Shown: positions 24,815 through 37,058 of the stretch, one piece after another
How the letters are laid out: each line of letters begins with the position of its first letter
How positions within the stretch are numbered: position 1 is the first letter of the stretch
Assembly: GCF_006345805.1 (NCBI RefSeq)
Contig: NW_021832844.1
Location: forward strand, 124,001-188,000
Direction of reading: 5' to 3'
Length of the DNA stretch: 64,000 nucleotides
Source of the DNA: Octopus sinensis
Taxonomy: Eukaryota
Notes under the pieces: model-generated
Databases searched by the model: none
What the model saw: the letters and a program-made list of their open reading frames with translations, nothing else
What the model was told of the DNA's origin: nothing
Position numbers and translations under genes: made by a program

Positions 24815-25570
24815 AGTAATTTTCGGGTTTGCTCAGTCGACCATTTGGCAACTCGATGCAATATAATTCCGATTATACAAGGCGACATAACGAAATTGTT
24901 AAATGAATACACATGCACCTATGCAGAAAATTTGGATTCAAAAAATCAAAAAGGTTAAAGACTCACTCTACCCAAAGCGTAATTACCAATGATCGTGCTG
25001 AATTACGAGTTGACACTACTATCCCTACCGAATCAAAAATTCAATATAACAAGCCGGACATTTTTCTATAGGACAAAAAATTAAACCACATATGACTAAT
25101 AGAGATTGGAGTGACGTGTGTGGATAATTTAAAGCAGTTAAAGTTGAAAAACTTCATAAATATGATATCTTGGCAAGTGAATTAGAAATCATTTACAAAG
25201 CCAAAGTCAAAATACCTCCGATTGTCATTACCTGGGATGTAATCACCTCCAAATATTTTAAAATATACATGGATTTGATTCGCATTAAAGACAGTGATCT
25301 GGCGTATATCCAAACGATTGCATTAAAGAAGACGTTGGAAGGAATGTTCGTAGAATATAAACATGGTTTCGAAGACATAATGACTAAAGCATTGATTCTC
25401 TACAAAGATTATGCAGTGTGGAACACTCACCAAAGGGGAGCTAACTCGATGAAGAGGAGACATGATGAGGTGACAGAAAACGAATACAAAATAATAGCAA
25501 GAGGATCACGAAAGGTTATGGCGCTGTTCAGGGAGGCCCAAGACCAGTAAATTGAAAATTTTAATTAATC
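24815..25570 (+). mobile_element. Degenerate R4/Dong-like 3' fragment (RLE)
   Basis: DHLATRC, RRHNEIV, KPDIF, 'LASELEIIYK..ITWD' motifs with stops. Confidence 0.8.
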
Positions 25571-26563
25571 TAACTTTTAATTCACGCTTTATTTTTTAAG
25601 TCTGGTTTGATCAAATATCCAGGTTTGCTAATTATTAAAAAAACAGACAAATATCAAAATGCATGATTCCCTTCAGGAGTCCGTCTGGTCGTTCCCAATG
25701 CCTTTGAGACCAGCGGTTTCATTAATAAGTCTGCACGTGACCTTCTAACAGAGATAAAGGCACAAATCTCCTCCAAAACGTTTGACCACTAAAAGATGAG
25801 TTGACTATTCCAAATGATCTTGTTTGCCATCCTCCAAGGAAATTGTTTGTCAATCCTTTCGCCGGCGTGTCTGAATTAGTTCTAATTGTTTGTTTTTCAA
25901 TTCACTTGTTCGCTTAAAAAAAATATTGAGAAAATTATTAAAGTGGCAAAATTTTTATAGGATAAAATGAATTGATTTTGATATTATACACGAAACGCGA
26001 CAATAAAACGTCAAGTTTTTATCCCCCTTGTGCCGCGCCCTGGACGATTTTCTTTGTTGTTTCACGCTCTTTTTGAAACTGAAATTTTTCAAAAATCTAG
26101 TCGTATTTTAGCATCAGTATTTTCTAGTCGTATTTCAACATTTCCAGACCGTTTTGCATAAATAACGGCAGAGTTGTGCATGATCTGTTCAAAAACAACC
26201 AGTGCTTAAAAAGTACAACTCCATTAACTGGTTTGTAGGAGCGGCAAGATCCATTCTCAGGATATGTCTATCTAGTCCCGATCGAGCATTTCTTATAGTG
26301 ATTTCCAAGCATTCAAACTTACATTTAGCGTTTAGGCTCTTGCTGCTGCTTATTTTTAGATAACGTATCTCCAGTATGCATTTTAGTTGTGGTCTGTGAA
26401 AGGCGTCTATTTTTGAAGTAGTTTTCTAATATTATAAAAATTAATCTTAAAACAAATTTTTAATTTAAATAGTTATTATAAATTTTAAATGAAATTAAAG
26501 CTGTAATATAATTTGTTTAGCCAAAACTATATAGAATATTAAACTCAAAAGTTAGTTGGTGAT

Positions 26564-29400
26564 ATGGAGAACATAAACACAGTGGTTGTTAACACTGGAT
26601 CAATAAATGATCTGGCAACTAGTCCCATCTCTGATACTACAATAGTAGAATCCCATTCCTCACAAAATGTTCAAAATCTCACGGAAGAGTACATAAAAGA
26701 AAACAAAGAACTCGACCGAGCTGTTATTTATATCAAAAAAGTAAAGGTACATTATATCAGCTTCAACTCACTGCAGGATCACTTAAAGAACGATCCGGAA
26801 ATCTATTCCGAGTTCCTAAAGGCCATGTCTAAATACCAAAACGATATCACTGCAAGTACCCCAGAAACTAAAGGATGGCTGTTCAAACCAGAAGACGATT
26901 TTTTGAATACTGTGAATGACCTTCTCAAGGGAAATGATTCCCTCATTGACGAATTTTTTGAGTTTTTACCCACAAATCGGCGGTCTCTGTTTGCAAACGA
27001 ATTCGTGCGATGTCATGATTTGGGAGAATCAATGAGAAATATTTTATTGCCTTTTACTCTTCATTCCAAGGCAATGGCGCACGAGGAAAGGGACAAGACA
27101 TTGCAGAGACTGTGGCAAGACAATTCTCCTATCAAAACCAAAAAGCCTTTAAAGACTCAAAAAATCATCCAAATTGACAAATCTCCTCAGTTTTCAATAC
27201 CCAGAATAGAATGTACGTCAGAGTCGTGTTTTTTCAACATTGTTCGACACGTTCTTAATAATGATGCTGTCTTTGAAAATTTCCTACGAACCATTGTACT
27301 ATACATGGACGGACTGAGTGATTATAATGGAGTGATTTCACAAATTACGAAATTTCTCGGACCATACCCGTCTCTTTTGAGCACATTCAAGTCTTTGTGT
27401 TGGGACTGGGAGGGCAGTAACGGCGAAAGGACTAGAAAGGATGTCATTTGTGATTCCTCCAAACTTGAAGATTTTCCTCCTGATGGGGACTGTCCAAGTT
27501 ACAAGCGGAAGTACAATGGAGATGTCCAGAATAGTGGGGTATTTTCTGAAGTGAGAGTTATCGTGATTATCCAAAGGTTCTCAATTCTACATTCGTATGT
27601 GTATCGGCTGGTGACGAAGACGGTCGGCGGAATACTAATTCCAAAAAGAACTACTACGAGGAACAGCTGGCTAAGTATGTCTTTTAGTTTAGTTTATTCT
27701 ACTTTGAATATTAAGCATCTTTTTAGAGTCGAAGAAGAGCGATTTGAGCTTGACTATCAAATAACAAATTTGTTTGAAGGAATTCATTGTCTTCGGGTGA
27801 TAATGGAAAAAATTTTGGCAACGGAAGACCCTGAAAAAGTCTCGCTTCCACCATCACTCGAATTAGAGTCCCCAATGTTAATATACGCTCTCCTTTACAG
27901 GTTATTTATTAGTTCTATAATTACAGAACATATCGAGACGCCTCTTTAGCAGTCATGGAAAGTATGGCCAAAATGCCATATAAAGTCATTCCCGTCGTTA
28001 TTGCACGGTATTGGTCTTTTTATTGACTTGTAGTTTAACTGCCACTCAGGCTGATTTGATTAAGAAGAAGGAGGACATGACAGACGACTGGAGGAATACA
28101 CAGAAAAAGGCCCATCTGAGAGCGTTGGATTCTCAGAGTGCACAATTCAAGCAAAACGATGTAAAGAATTTTTCAACTGACTATTTGATGGGTGAAATGA
28201 AGTCTCGACTGGTTTTTATTTGAGGACCATTTTGTAGAAAGACAAGCACCCTGGGAGTCACTCTCATTTCAAAATGGACTACAGCGATCAGGATGTCATG
28301 TCAGACTCAGCAGATTTGATAATTTATTATATTAAACATAAAAATGAGCCAGACTGTTCAGACGACTATGTTGATAATGCAATGTACATACTCTACAAAT
28401 TTATTCCCAATTTGTTTTGTATTGGTCGAGATAAAAGTTAGTCTTGTCTATATTTTTTAGCTCAAAATGGCCAAGTTCAAAAAAGTGATTTATTTCATTG
28501 TGGGAAACATTGGTATTATTTCTTTCGTATATACGAACTGTTGTGCAGTCGTCTTTCACAACTACAAAGGGCAGCATGCTTAATTCCTTCATACGACACA
28601 GGTAATGAGAGCTTGAATTACTCTCAGAGTGTACTAAACCGGAAATTTGTTATATTCGATGCATAGGCTTGATCCAGCAATTCATAACGAAAGTGATTGA
28701 CTCAAACAAGTTTGAGGACGGAATTAGGGGGATTCTGGGAGTCAAGTCATTTCACATATTCACAGTTGACAAACTGATTGCTGCAATTGCCAAACATGTA
28801 TTTATGTTCTGTTGATAATAGCTTAAACGAATGATTGCCGGAGAGTCAACTGGCACCTCGTTCGTGAAAATATATTTTGACAGGTCCTACGATACTGAAC
28901 TCGCGCCAGAACTATCTGCTGTTCCACTTTTGTTTAAATGTTCATTTGTAAGTTGTTGGCTTTTTTAGTTTTTAGACGAGAAATCCTCTTGTTCTTGAGA
29001 TTTCATATCTTCGTCGTCTCAAAATATCTCCGATAACAAAGAACAGTTTCTTCAATCAATTGAAGCCTAATTTAACTCCATATCTTGGAAGGTTTTTGTT
29101 CATCTTGTTAAGTTTAGGAACTTGCGCAAGTCACTGAATGTAATTAAAAGTCGGTTTGGATACAGTTCTGAGAAATATGTTCAGAACGGTGATTTTATAT
29201 AAATTATACATAGAGATATTATTTGACGGGAAGTGTCAGGGTGATGATCACATGTGTTTTAGAATGAAGAATCGTAATTTGATCAAGAAAAATGTAAGTT
29301 ATCTTAATTTTTTTAGTTTCTTCAGTCGAGACAGGGAATTAGTGCAGGAAAGTCAGAAATATTTGATTGGCTTCATATTGTTTACTGTATGAATAAATAA
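26564..29400 (+). CDS. SIN3: SIN3 transcriptional corepressor scaffold, ~820 aa, ~13 short introns
   Basis: PAH 'AVIYIKKVK|DHLKNDPEIYSEFL...EFFEFLP'; PAH3-like 'FFNIVRHVL.NDAVFENFLR'; HID 'CPSYKR...EVLN...KKNYYEEQLAKVEEERFELD'; 'LRALDSQSAQFKQND'; Sin3a_C 'FHCGKHWYYFFRIYELLCSRL...FEDGIRGILG..SFHIFTVDKL'. The last exon boundaries are less certain. Confidence 0.88.
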
Positions 29401-29502
29401 GTTTAAAAAACTGCGTTCATTTGTTTTGAGAGGATAGTGAATTAGCTATCTGGTATCTAGCCAAAACGTGGTAATCATGTGCGTGTTGATTTTTGAATTA
29501 TA

Positions 29503-30683
29503 CAGTAAACATCGGTTAATTGCATAACATTTGTCCACGGAAAATCTTATGCAATTAACCGATATATGCAATTAACCGATGTTTTAATAAAAATCAATAA
29601 TTTTTTTAATAGTCAAGAAAAGAAAATAATCAAAAACGTTTAAAAAAATCATTAATTTTGGACTGTCTAGTCTTCTGGCAAAGGCGTAGGACACTTTTTT
29701 CTAGTTCATAGAAGTTTTCCATATCCATTTCACTTGTTAAATCGCTGTTAGTAAGAAACTGGCGTATTAATCTGCATGCACCCATAGCCTCCGAACTGGT
29801 TGTTTTCACGGGTATGGGATCTTCATCGTCCTCATCATCTTCACAAGAAATATCTCTTGACATTAAACATATTTCTTCATCGTACATGATTCCGATACAT
29901 TCTTCATCCTCATTAGCAACATCCATCGTTATTTCGTTACATTCAATGTCACTAAACATATTTTCCCCCACTTCCTCATGGAATCCAGCCTTACGGAAAC
30001 AGTTGTAAATTGTTGCTATTTTGACTTCCCTCCAAACCATTTTGAGCATGTGTAGCGCATCCAAAAGAGTGATAGAATTCACAACGGATTTGAGACAGGC
30101 ATCGTCTGAATCAATTACGGCAATCACTCTTTGTAAAAATGCCAATCTGTAGTTGTGCTTTAGACTTTTTATGATCCCCATATCACATGGCTGAATGCAT
30201 GCGGATGTGTTTGGTGGAATAAAATACAATTTAACATTTCTTCCCATCGCGTCGTCTTTTTCGACTCAAATTGATGCAATTAGATTCAGCCAATAGCATA
30301 ATTTCTTCTCTATTCTTCAAAATCCGTGAGACTTGAGACTGAGAACAGTTAAATCTTGCAGATAGAGCTGATTGAGTTTGACCTCCTTGAATAAACAAAT
30401 TGATTATTTCCAATTTTTGAGAAAATGTAAGATCACGACGTAACGAAGATGACATGTGTAATAATAATTAAATTTTAAAATTACAAATTATAATTATGCA
30501 ATTATGCGAAAATTTTTATAAGAAAAAATAGTAAATGTTCCCAATGAGAGTATGCAATTAACCGATATGCAATTAGCCGATATTTTTTCAATGGAAACCA
30601 TATAAGTTATGGTTTTAAACATGAATTTATGCCATTAACCGATTTATGCAATTAACCGATATGCAATTAACCGATGTTTACTG
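29503..30683 (-). mobile_element. pogo/Tigger DNA transposon, internal-deletion derivative
   Basis: Perfect 24-bp TIRs CAGTAAACATCGGTTAATTGCATA with TA on both sides; HTH_psq ORF 30231..30455 abutting DDE_1 C-terminal ORF 29630..30247 (PPNTS..QPCDMGII). Confidence 0.92.
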
Positions 30684-30699
30684 TACTTTCCTCTCCCCA

Positions 30700-31320
30700 T
30701 GATTCTGAATTTGAACGGCACTTGTGATGATTCTTTTGTATTAACTTGGTCTTTATAAGAGAAAATAACTGCGGAATGAAATGATAAATTTATCTCCTGC
30801 CTGAAGTAAAATAGGCCTAAAGAATCTTATATTAGCATACGAGAAAGACTTAACAAATTAAATATACCGTTCTACCTGACCTTGTATCCAAGGGACACGT
30901 GGTCTTCCACAAATGTGCTTAGGGCCAAACTTTGCACACATTTCCTCCATCATATTGTTTTTAAACTCCTTTCCATTATCTTTTTGCAACATTAATGGAG
31001 CTCAAATGATCATAAAAATGTTTACAATACTAGGTACTATTTCTGTGGCGCATTTGGTTCTAACAGGTTCTACAACCCCATATTTTGAAAAAGAGTCAAT
31101 CAAAACGAGAATCTGGATAAATCGTAATAAATACCCATTTAAAGCTGCTATTTATTTCTGAATATCTTCTTAAATCGATCAAATCAGCAATGTATCTATC
31201 TCTTGGGCCTTTTGCAATAATAGGAGTGATAACCGACCTAGTAGCTAGCAATTTTTTAAACTGAAATCGAATAAGTTAACTAAATACCTGACAATAAGCA
31301 CATTTTTTTAATTATTTTGC
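30700..31320 (-). mobile_element. Degenerate retroviral-like integrase core (Ginger/gypsy type)
   Basis: Minus-strand pieces 'PRDRYIADLIDL', 'DSFSKYG', 'GAPLMLQKDNGKEFKN' and 'GRPRVPWIQGQVER'. Confidence 0.7.
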
Positions 31321-31345
31321 TAGTCTATTACCGAGTTGCATCATA

Positions 31346-31915
31346 CACCCCTCGACATTAAAATCCGGACAAATAATAAATCGTCATTTTTATTATCAAT
31401 TTTATTAAATTAAAAACTTAAGCATGCTAATATCATCTATATTTTTTAATTTTAAAATATTTATCCATAAATCTTTTGAAAATATTGAGAATAAAGCAAG
31501 AACCGATTTTTTAAGACAACAAATTCCGGACAAATGTCAAAAAATAAAATATTAGTAAGGAATATGCTTTCCTCTCGATTTATATAACTCTAAACTACGA
31601 GTTTTCATCGAAGTTATTAATTTTTGAATAAAATCAATTGGAATTTTATTCCTAATTTCTAATATTTTATCCTTTTGTTGATGTTTCTTTTTTGGTCGAT
31701 TTTCTGTATCATCCCTCGATAATTCGTATTTAATTTTTGACCAAATATGTTCAATGAGATTCATATCGGGGGATTGTGCCGGCCAATCGAGTAAATTAAT
31801 TTTGTTTGCAGAAAAATACTCCTTTGTTGTTTGCGAAGTATGACATGGGGCATTGTCTTGCTAAAATATAAAGCTGTTTTATCCCATTTTAATGGCTGAT
31901 TTTTCCAGACATAAG
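31346..31915 (-). mobile_element. Tc1 (DD34E) transposon 3' end with TIR
   Basis: 'QDNAPCHTSQTTKEYFSANKINLLDWPAQSPDMNLIE' has 34-residue D-E spacing; terminus TA-CACCCCTCG. Confidence 0.85.
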
Positions 31916-31924
31916 TTACGCCGA

Positions 31925-32740
31925 CGTGACTCACATCTGGACTGTGACTTAACAATTAAGATTGGGTTATTGTCAGTGGTTAGGTCATTAAAGGAGAATT
32001 TATTTGAGATTTTCCGTTGGTTAATAATCAGACTTAAAATAAAATCACAAGGCTCATTATGAATGACATAACCCTCAATTTTATTTAACCCCATTCGCCC
32101 CTGAAATTGGGAGGAATGCGGCACGAAAAAACCGAAAGACCTCTTAGGGTCACACCATAAGTTAAAGAGTGAGTTAATTTTATAAGATTTTCTTATAGCG
32201 GTGAGATACTTGCAATCCAAAACGACGTGCGTTACTGTGTGTCGTCCGTCATGACAGATTGGACAGGACAGTTTCTATCATTCTTGAAAAACTTTATTCT
32301 CTGTTTGATCAGAGTGCCGATTGTCTCAGTCGAGTTAGCCTCCAAGTCATTAAGCGGAGTATCCACTCGAAGAGTAACTTCATTTCATATCTTCTTGTTT
32401 TGTCGAAAAGATCAACAATCTCGTCTGAGCCAAAATTAACACACTTCTTTTTGGACTGCTAGAGATGACCTCAAATGTTCTTAAAGTACGGCGTCTTACA
32501 CACAGAAAGCGATATTTTTCAAAATAAGTCATGCAGTTCTAACTTCTGCGAGTCGAAAAGTATGCCCGTTAAGACCAAACGGGCTATATGAATCCATGGC
32601 AGAGGAAAAATATGTCAGGTCCTCATTCGATTTGAACTCTAATCAGTATCCACTGGAGGATAGTCGATACACACGTTCGTAATTTTGGTTGCTCATAAGG
32701 ATAAATTATTTATGGTAATAACAAGAGCCAGTGGCATAGA
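31925..32740 (-). mobile_element. Highly degenerate LINE APE-endonuclease-like fragment
   Basis: Decayed motifs on the minus strand (N.NG near the start, 'DLTTDNNPI' resembling SDH.PI); no intact frame. Confidence 0.35.
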
Positions 32741-33009
32741 TTTTGTTAACATCAAATACACCACAATAGTATTTACAAATTAAACTCATTTAAGAAAATT
32801 TGAAAACCAAGATTTTAATCAATTTTTTTTAAATAACAATATCTAAAAGTAAAAAGATAGCTAAGCTAATTAAAGGCCTCACGAGACACCCGGCCAGCCT
32901 CGCGAATGGCGAAGCCGTTCCCTCGGATCACAGCAATCGACAGAACCTCTACAGGGCAAATGATAAGCCGACTTTGCCTATAATTTCAGCAGTGACCACA
33001 ATCCTATTA

Positions 33010-33815
33010 CAGTCTAACCTCTTTTTGGAGCACCTAGTGCCCCAAAAACAGGGGTTTCCCCAGATAAAGGGGTTTTCTAATATTAACGAAAAAAACTAAC
33101 GTTTTGTTAATTTAAAACCAAAAGATGTTTATTCTTGATTTCATTTAACAATTTTAGTCTTTACTTGTCGGGAAATGATTCGTTATTTTCGCTCCGAATT
33201 TGTACTTTTGAATTAATCGATCCATTGTCAACTTCTTAAAATTATAAAATTCATTTAATATCTCTGGAGCATGCTGCAAAATGCCATCTTCCATTGCATT
33301 AATTGAAAAAATTAGTTCCTTGATAGATTGACATTTCATAACTCCGTCATATAATGCGTTGTCATTTTCTATACCAGAGATTTTTACTGATATAATTTCG
33401 ACCTTGTCGAGAAATGAATGTTTATCACTATTATCGGGTTCTCTGAAGCCCTCAGAACCTTCACATCCATCAAAATTACATATTTCTCGTTTGATTCTAG
33501 AAATAGTCCCTTTGCTTGTGTTGAATTTGTTTAAAACTTGTCTTTCAGACATATTTTTCGTTTTTAAAGCCTTTGCAATCTCTAATTTGTCTTTGACAGA
33601 AATTCTCTTCGGCATAACAACAGAAACACGTTATTATTAGTTATTATAAAATAAAATTCAAAAATTATAACTAAAAAATACATAAAACATTAAATGCCCC
33701 ATAACGGGGTTTATCTTATAAAGAATAAACAGAAAAACTCCTAATAGAAATTCAAATTGCCCCAAAACCCGAGGGTGCCCCACGTCCGGGGTCGCCCCAA
33801 TAAGGGGGTTCACTG
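33010..33815 (-). mobile_element. pogo-like deletion derivative with a 153-aa HTH fusion ORF
   Basis: TA-CAGT...ACTG-TA ends with imperfect TIRs and internal GCCCCA repeats; ORF 33154..33615 begins with HTH_psq ('KRISVKDKLEI...FNTSKGTISRIK') and ends with a Tigger-type 'KITNHF' tail. Confidence 0.75.
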
Positions 33816-33817
33816 TA

Positions 33818-36300
33818 TCTTAGACTTAAGAAGAACTGTCGCCCGAAGAAATGCTTAATCAACTACAAACACACGGACTTGACTCTTTACAAAAATCTAA
33901 CTGATCAATACCTGCAGAATCTTTTTTCTGGACAATTACACTTATCTGGACAAAATAATTCCCCACGTCAACAGTTCTATCTTGGTGGCTCATTCTATGT
34001 CTGCTTCAAAACATCAAAAAAAATTCTCGAGAAAGGTTGGCAAGGCACGCCTAAAAAAAGAAAGGATTCAACTCAAAAAGTTTACCAAACCAACTTTAAA
34101 GGTCATGCTTAAATTGAAGGTTTTAAACGAGGAAATAAGAAACAAGGAGCTTTATGCACAGAGAAAGAAATAGTCCCGAGTGCTTTCCTCCATGAACAGA
34201 AAAAGTTCGACAGCATTAATTTATAAGGCCATCCGGGAAACGACTTGCGCTAAGGATAAAAGATCGGAAGATGACCACAAGAAAAAAATCTCAACAATTT
34301 TATGAATTTTTACGTAAAAATTTCACACAAAGACCACAAAAATTCGGTCCCCCAATCAATTTTCGAAAAAAAATTTTATCCCGAAGATCCCATCAAAAAT
34401 CTCATCCAATCTTAAACTATGGATATCAAACTTTCTCGGTGGTTGGAGAGGCCGTGTTTGCATTGGTTAATCGAGTTCAAGATCACGCCTCCTCCCAAAC
34501 GGGGTTCCGCAAGATTCCCCGCTCTCATCCATCCTGTTTAATCTTTTTACTGGTGAAATGCCTCTGCCAGTTAACGAAAATGATATTTTGTCACCGTCCA
34601 GATAGGTCGGGGCGCCAGATCGGTTATGTATAAAATTTTTAATAAAAACTACCTTTCGAAAGTTATTTTCTTTTTCTGTTCATTCTTTTGTTGATTTTAG
34701 TATTATTTTTGCCAAAATATTGAAGTTACTGAGTTCATAAAAAACCAACATCCAGCCATTTCCAGATAATTACCGTATTGATTTTGCATTTTATTTAAAA
34801 ACGCTTTAACCAAGGTTAGCCAAACAATTCTCAACAATAAAGTTTATTAGAAAAATCCATTTTTAATTTTTAAAAATGTTGTAAATTTCTATTTTTATTA
34901 TTAAAACTCTAAAATACAATCCGGCCTACGGCCGGATGATTCAATGTGAATATTTTTCCCTATGCGGCCTTCGGCCGCGTCGAATTTGTAACAATGGCAC
35001 AATTATTTCACAATTAAGTAAATATGACACGAGAAAAAACACAGAACGAACCCCATGAATATTTGCAGTTAAAGTTTTTTTACTCTGCTAATATGATTCC
35101 TTTGATCTTTTTCATCCTTTTCATTAATTATCGTTACGAGTTCTCGATCCCTATTTTTCACAATATATTTTTGTGCAGATATCTCGTCGTATAATGGGTA
35201 TTTTCTATAACCCGGGTTTGCATCCCCATCATGGCGTATTAAAATTTCATCGCCACTTTCAACTTCGTCATTGCTATTTTCTCCACGCATGTTTTATAGC
35301 ATCCAAAATTTCCATTTGATGCACTCGTGGAGCCTAATTTAAATAAACAAATACACTACTTCAATAAATTTTAACTTAAGTTCAGTGTCTTCAATACAAA
35401 AAAAACGCAACTTTGGGCCATTTTTAGAAATGTAGGTGTTGTTCTCCTTGAAACTAAATTTTTTGGCATATCTCCGTATTCGTGCCCTTTCTTCCGAACT
35501 CAAGGAATCATCAAGGTGGCCTGATTCCAAATACTCCCTAATTTTTTCGAGGGTGTCTCGAGTTAATTCAACTAAAACCATTGATTAATGCTAATCTTTT
35601 CAACTTTTTAGAACTTTTTTATTAATAAGATTTTATTTTTTTATTATCAATATTTTTTTGCAATGAAATGTTTTGTAGGAAAAATATTTGTTTTGTATTT
35701 AGATAATTGACCTGACCGATCTGGCGCCCCGGCCGGTCTGGACGGTGACATATTTTGATTTTCTATGCTGACAACATCGCCATTGCCATTTTGGGTGTTT
35801 CGTCAAGGCTACAACAAGCTTAAATATATTACACAATAGTATCACTGCTAACCGCTTATCAACTTGCCTAAAAAACTCAGCGACCTCTTCACTTTAGACA
35901 GAATAAGTCAGTGGTTCTTACCCTGGACAACAACAAAATTACGTTTGGCCGGACTCTGAAAATCCTAGGAGTTACTTTCGATGGCATGTGCTTTTCTCCA
36001 CACTTGGAGAACTCCTTAACAAAATCCCAAAGAAAAACCAACGTATTAAAGTGTCTCTCTTGACTTTGGAAGTTTGAAAAGCACCCAGTACTTGGATATC
36101 TATACAACCAATACATCGTGCCTTGTTTATCGTATGCATGTACGTTATGGGGGCAACTCCATTTCCTGGTCCAATAACAGGAAGATTGAGGTGAGCCTGA
36201 AAAAAAGCTCTAGCACTACGGAGCGTTGAACAAAAGCCAAGCTTTCAACTTCTACAGGCATGGAAGCCCTCTTGCTCTCCTGCACGGGTACTCGTGAGGA
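33818..36300 (+). mobile_element. Degenerate LINE interrupted by a Ginger-type element
   Basis: After the insertion: 'FYADNIAI', 'LKILGVTFD..CFSPHLENSL', 'YLYNQYIVPCLSYAC', homologous to 41600-41900. Confidence 0.6.
34589..35750 (-). mobile_element. Ginger2/TDD-like DNA transposon, non-autonomous deletion derivative
   Basis: TGT...ACA termini, ~38-bp imperfect TIRs (TGTCACCGTCCAGA...GGGGCGCCAGATCGGT) and a 5-bp TSD TATTT; remnant ORFs 35339..35581 and 35069..35290. Confidence 0.75.
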
Positions 36301-37058
36301 GTCAGGATCACGAAATGTTACTTTTCCTGTCTTTCATGTTTCTAATGAGAAATTGTTATGCTCTTCAATCCAATCAGTTTTCATATTATCACACAAAAAA
36401 TAATAAGATTTCAAAGTTAAGTTCACAAAAGAATTTTCTCTCTTAAAATCAATTGACTTCCGAACCTATTCAAGGGCCTCAAGCATGATTTTGTTAAGAG
36501 CAAATGGCGAGGTATATAACCTGCGGACATGAAGCCCGTATGTATCTATCGTTGATCCACACTAGCAGGAATGAGAGTTACAAATTAATAGTCCGAGTCA
36601 AAGGCATATTTAAATATAACCAGTAAACGTCAATTGACTGACACTCGATTTTTTGACAAGATCAAAATAATAAACGTCAATTGACTAATATAATATTATT
36701 TTTCTGACCGCAAAAACAATCCAAAAATGAACTATCAATTTTGTTCTGACGCCAGAAAATTAGTTAGACAATGTGTAGTATAATGTTCATCCAACTTGGA
36801 AAGATCACCAAAGTAGTAAAAGACACCTGTTATGACACTATTCCTAAGTACAGTTGATTTTTACAATAAGAAACAATATCAAATTTAATTTTAAATGTAT
36901 TCGTAGTGAGAAATGTATTTATTTTGAGAAAAATAAACTGTTATAGGTTTATTTAATTAAAAAAATATATTTCTAGACATTAATTATTTAGGTAAAATCT
37001 GATTTAGTATTACTTAAATTATGTTAATAACATATAATAAATTAGCGCTTTAGTTCTT

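Noticed and set aside
25630-26430. Possible host gene or upstream SIN3 exons
   Set aside because: No spliceable frame was found; faint minus-strand LINE-like remnants only, too decayed to call.
27675-27726. 52-nt SIN3 intron as two recursive 26-nt units
   Set aside because: There is no AG|GT at the midpoint; it is best treated as a length outlier.
1017-29400. Stop-codon reassignment as the cause of fragmented ORFs
   Set aside because: Every in-frame stop examined falls inside a GT-AG micro-intron; spliced frames are open under the standard code.
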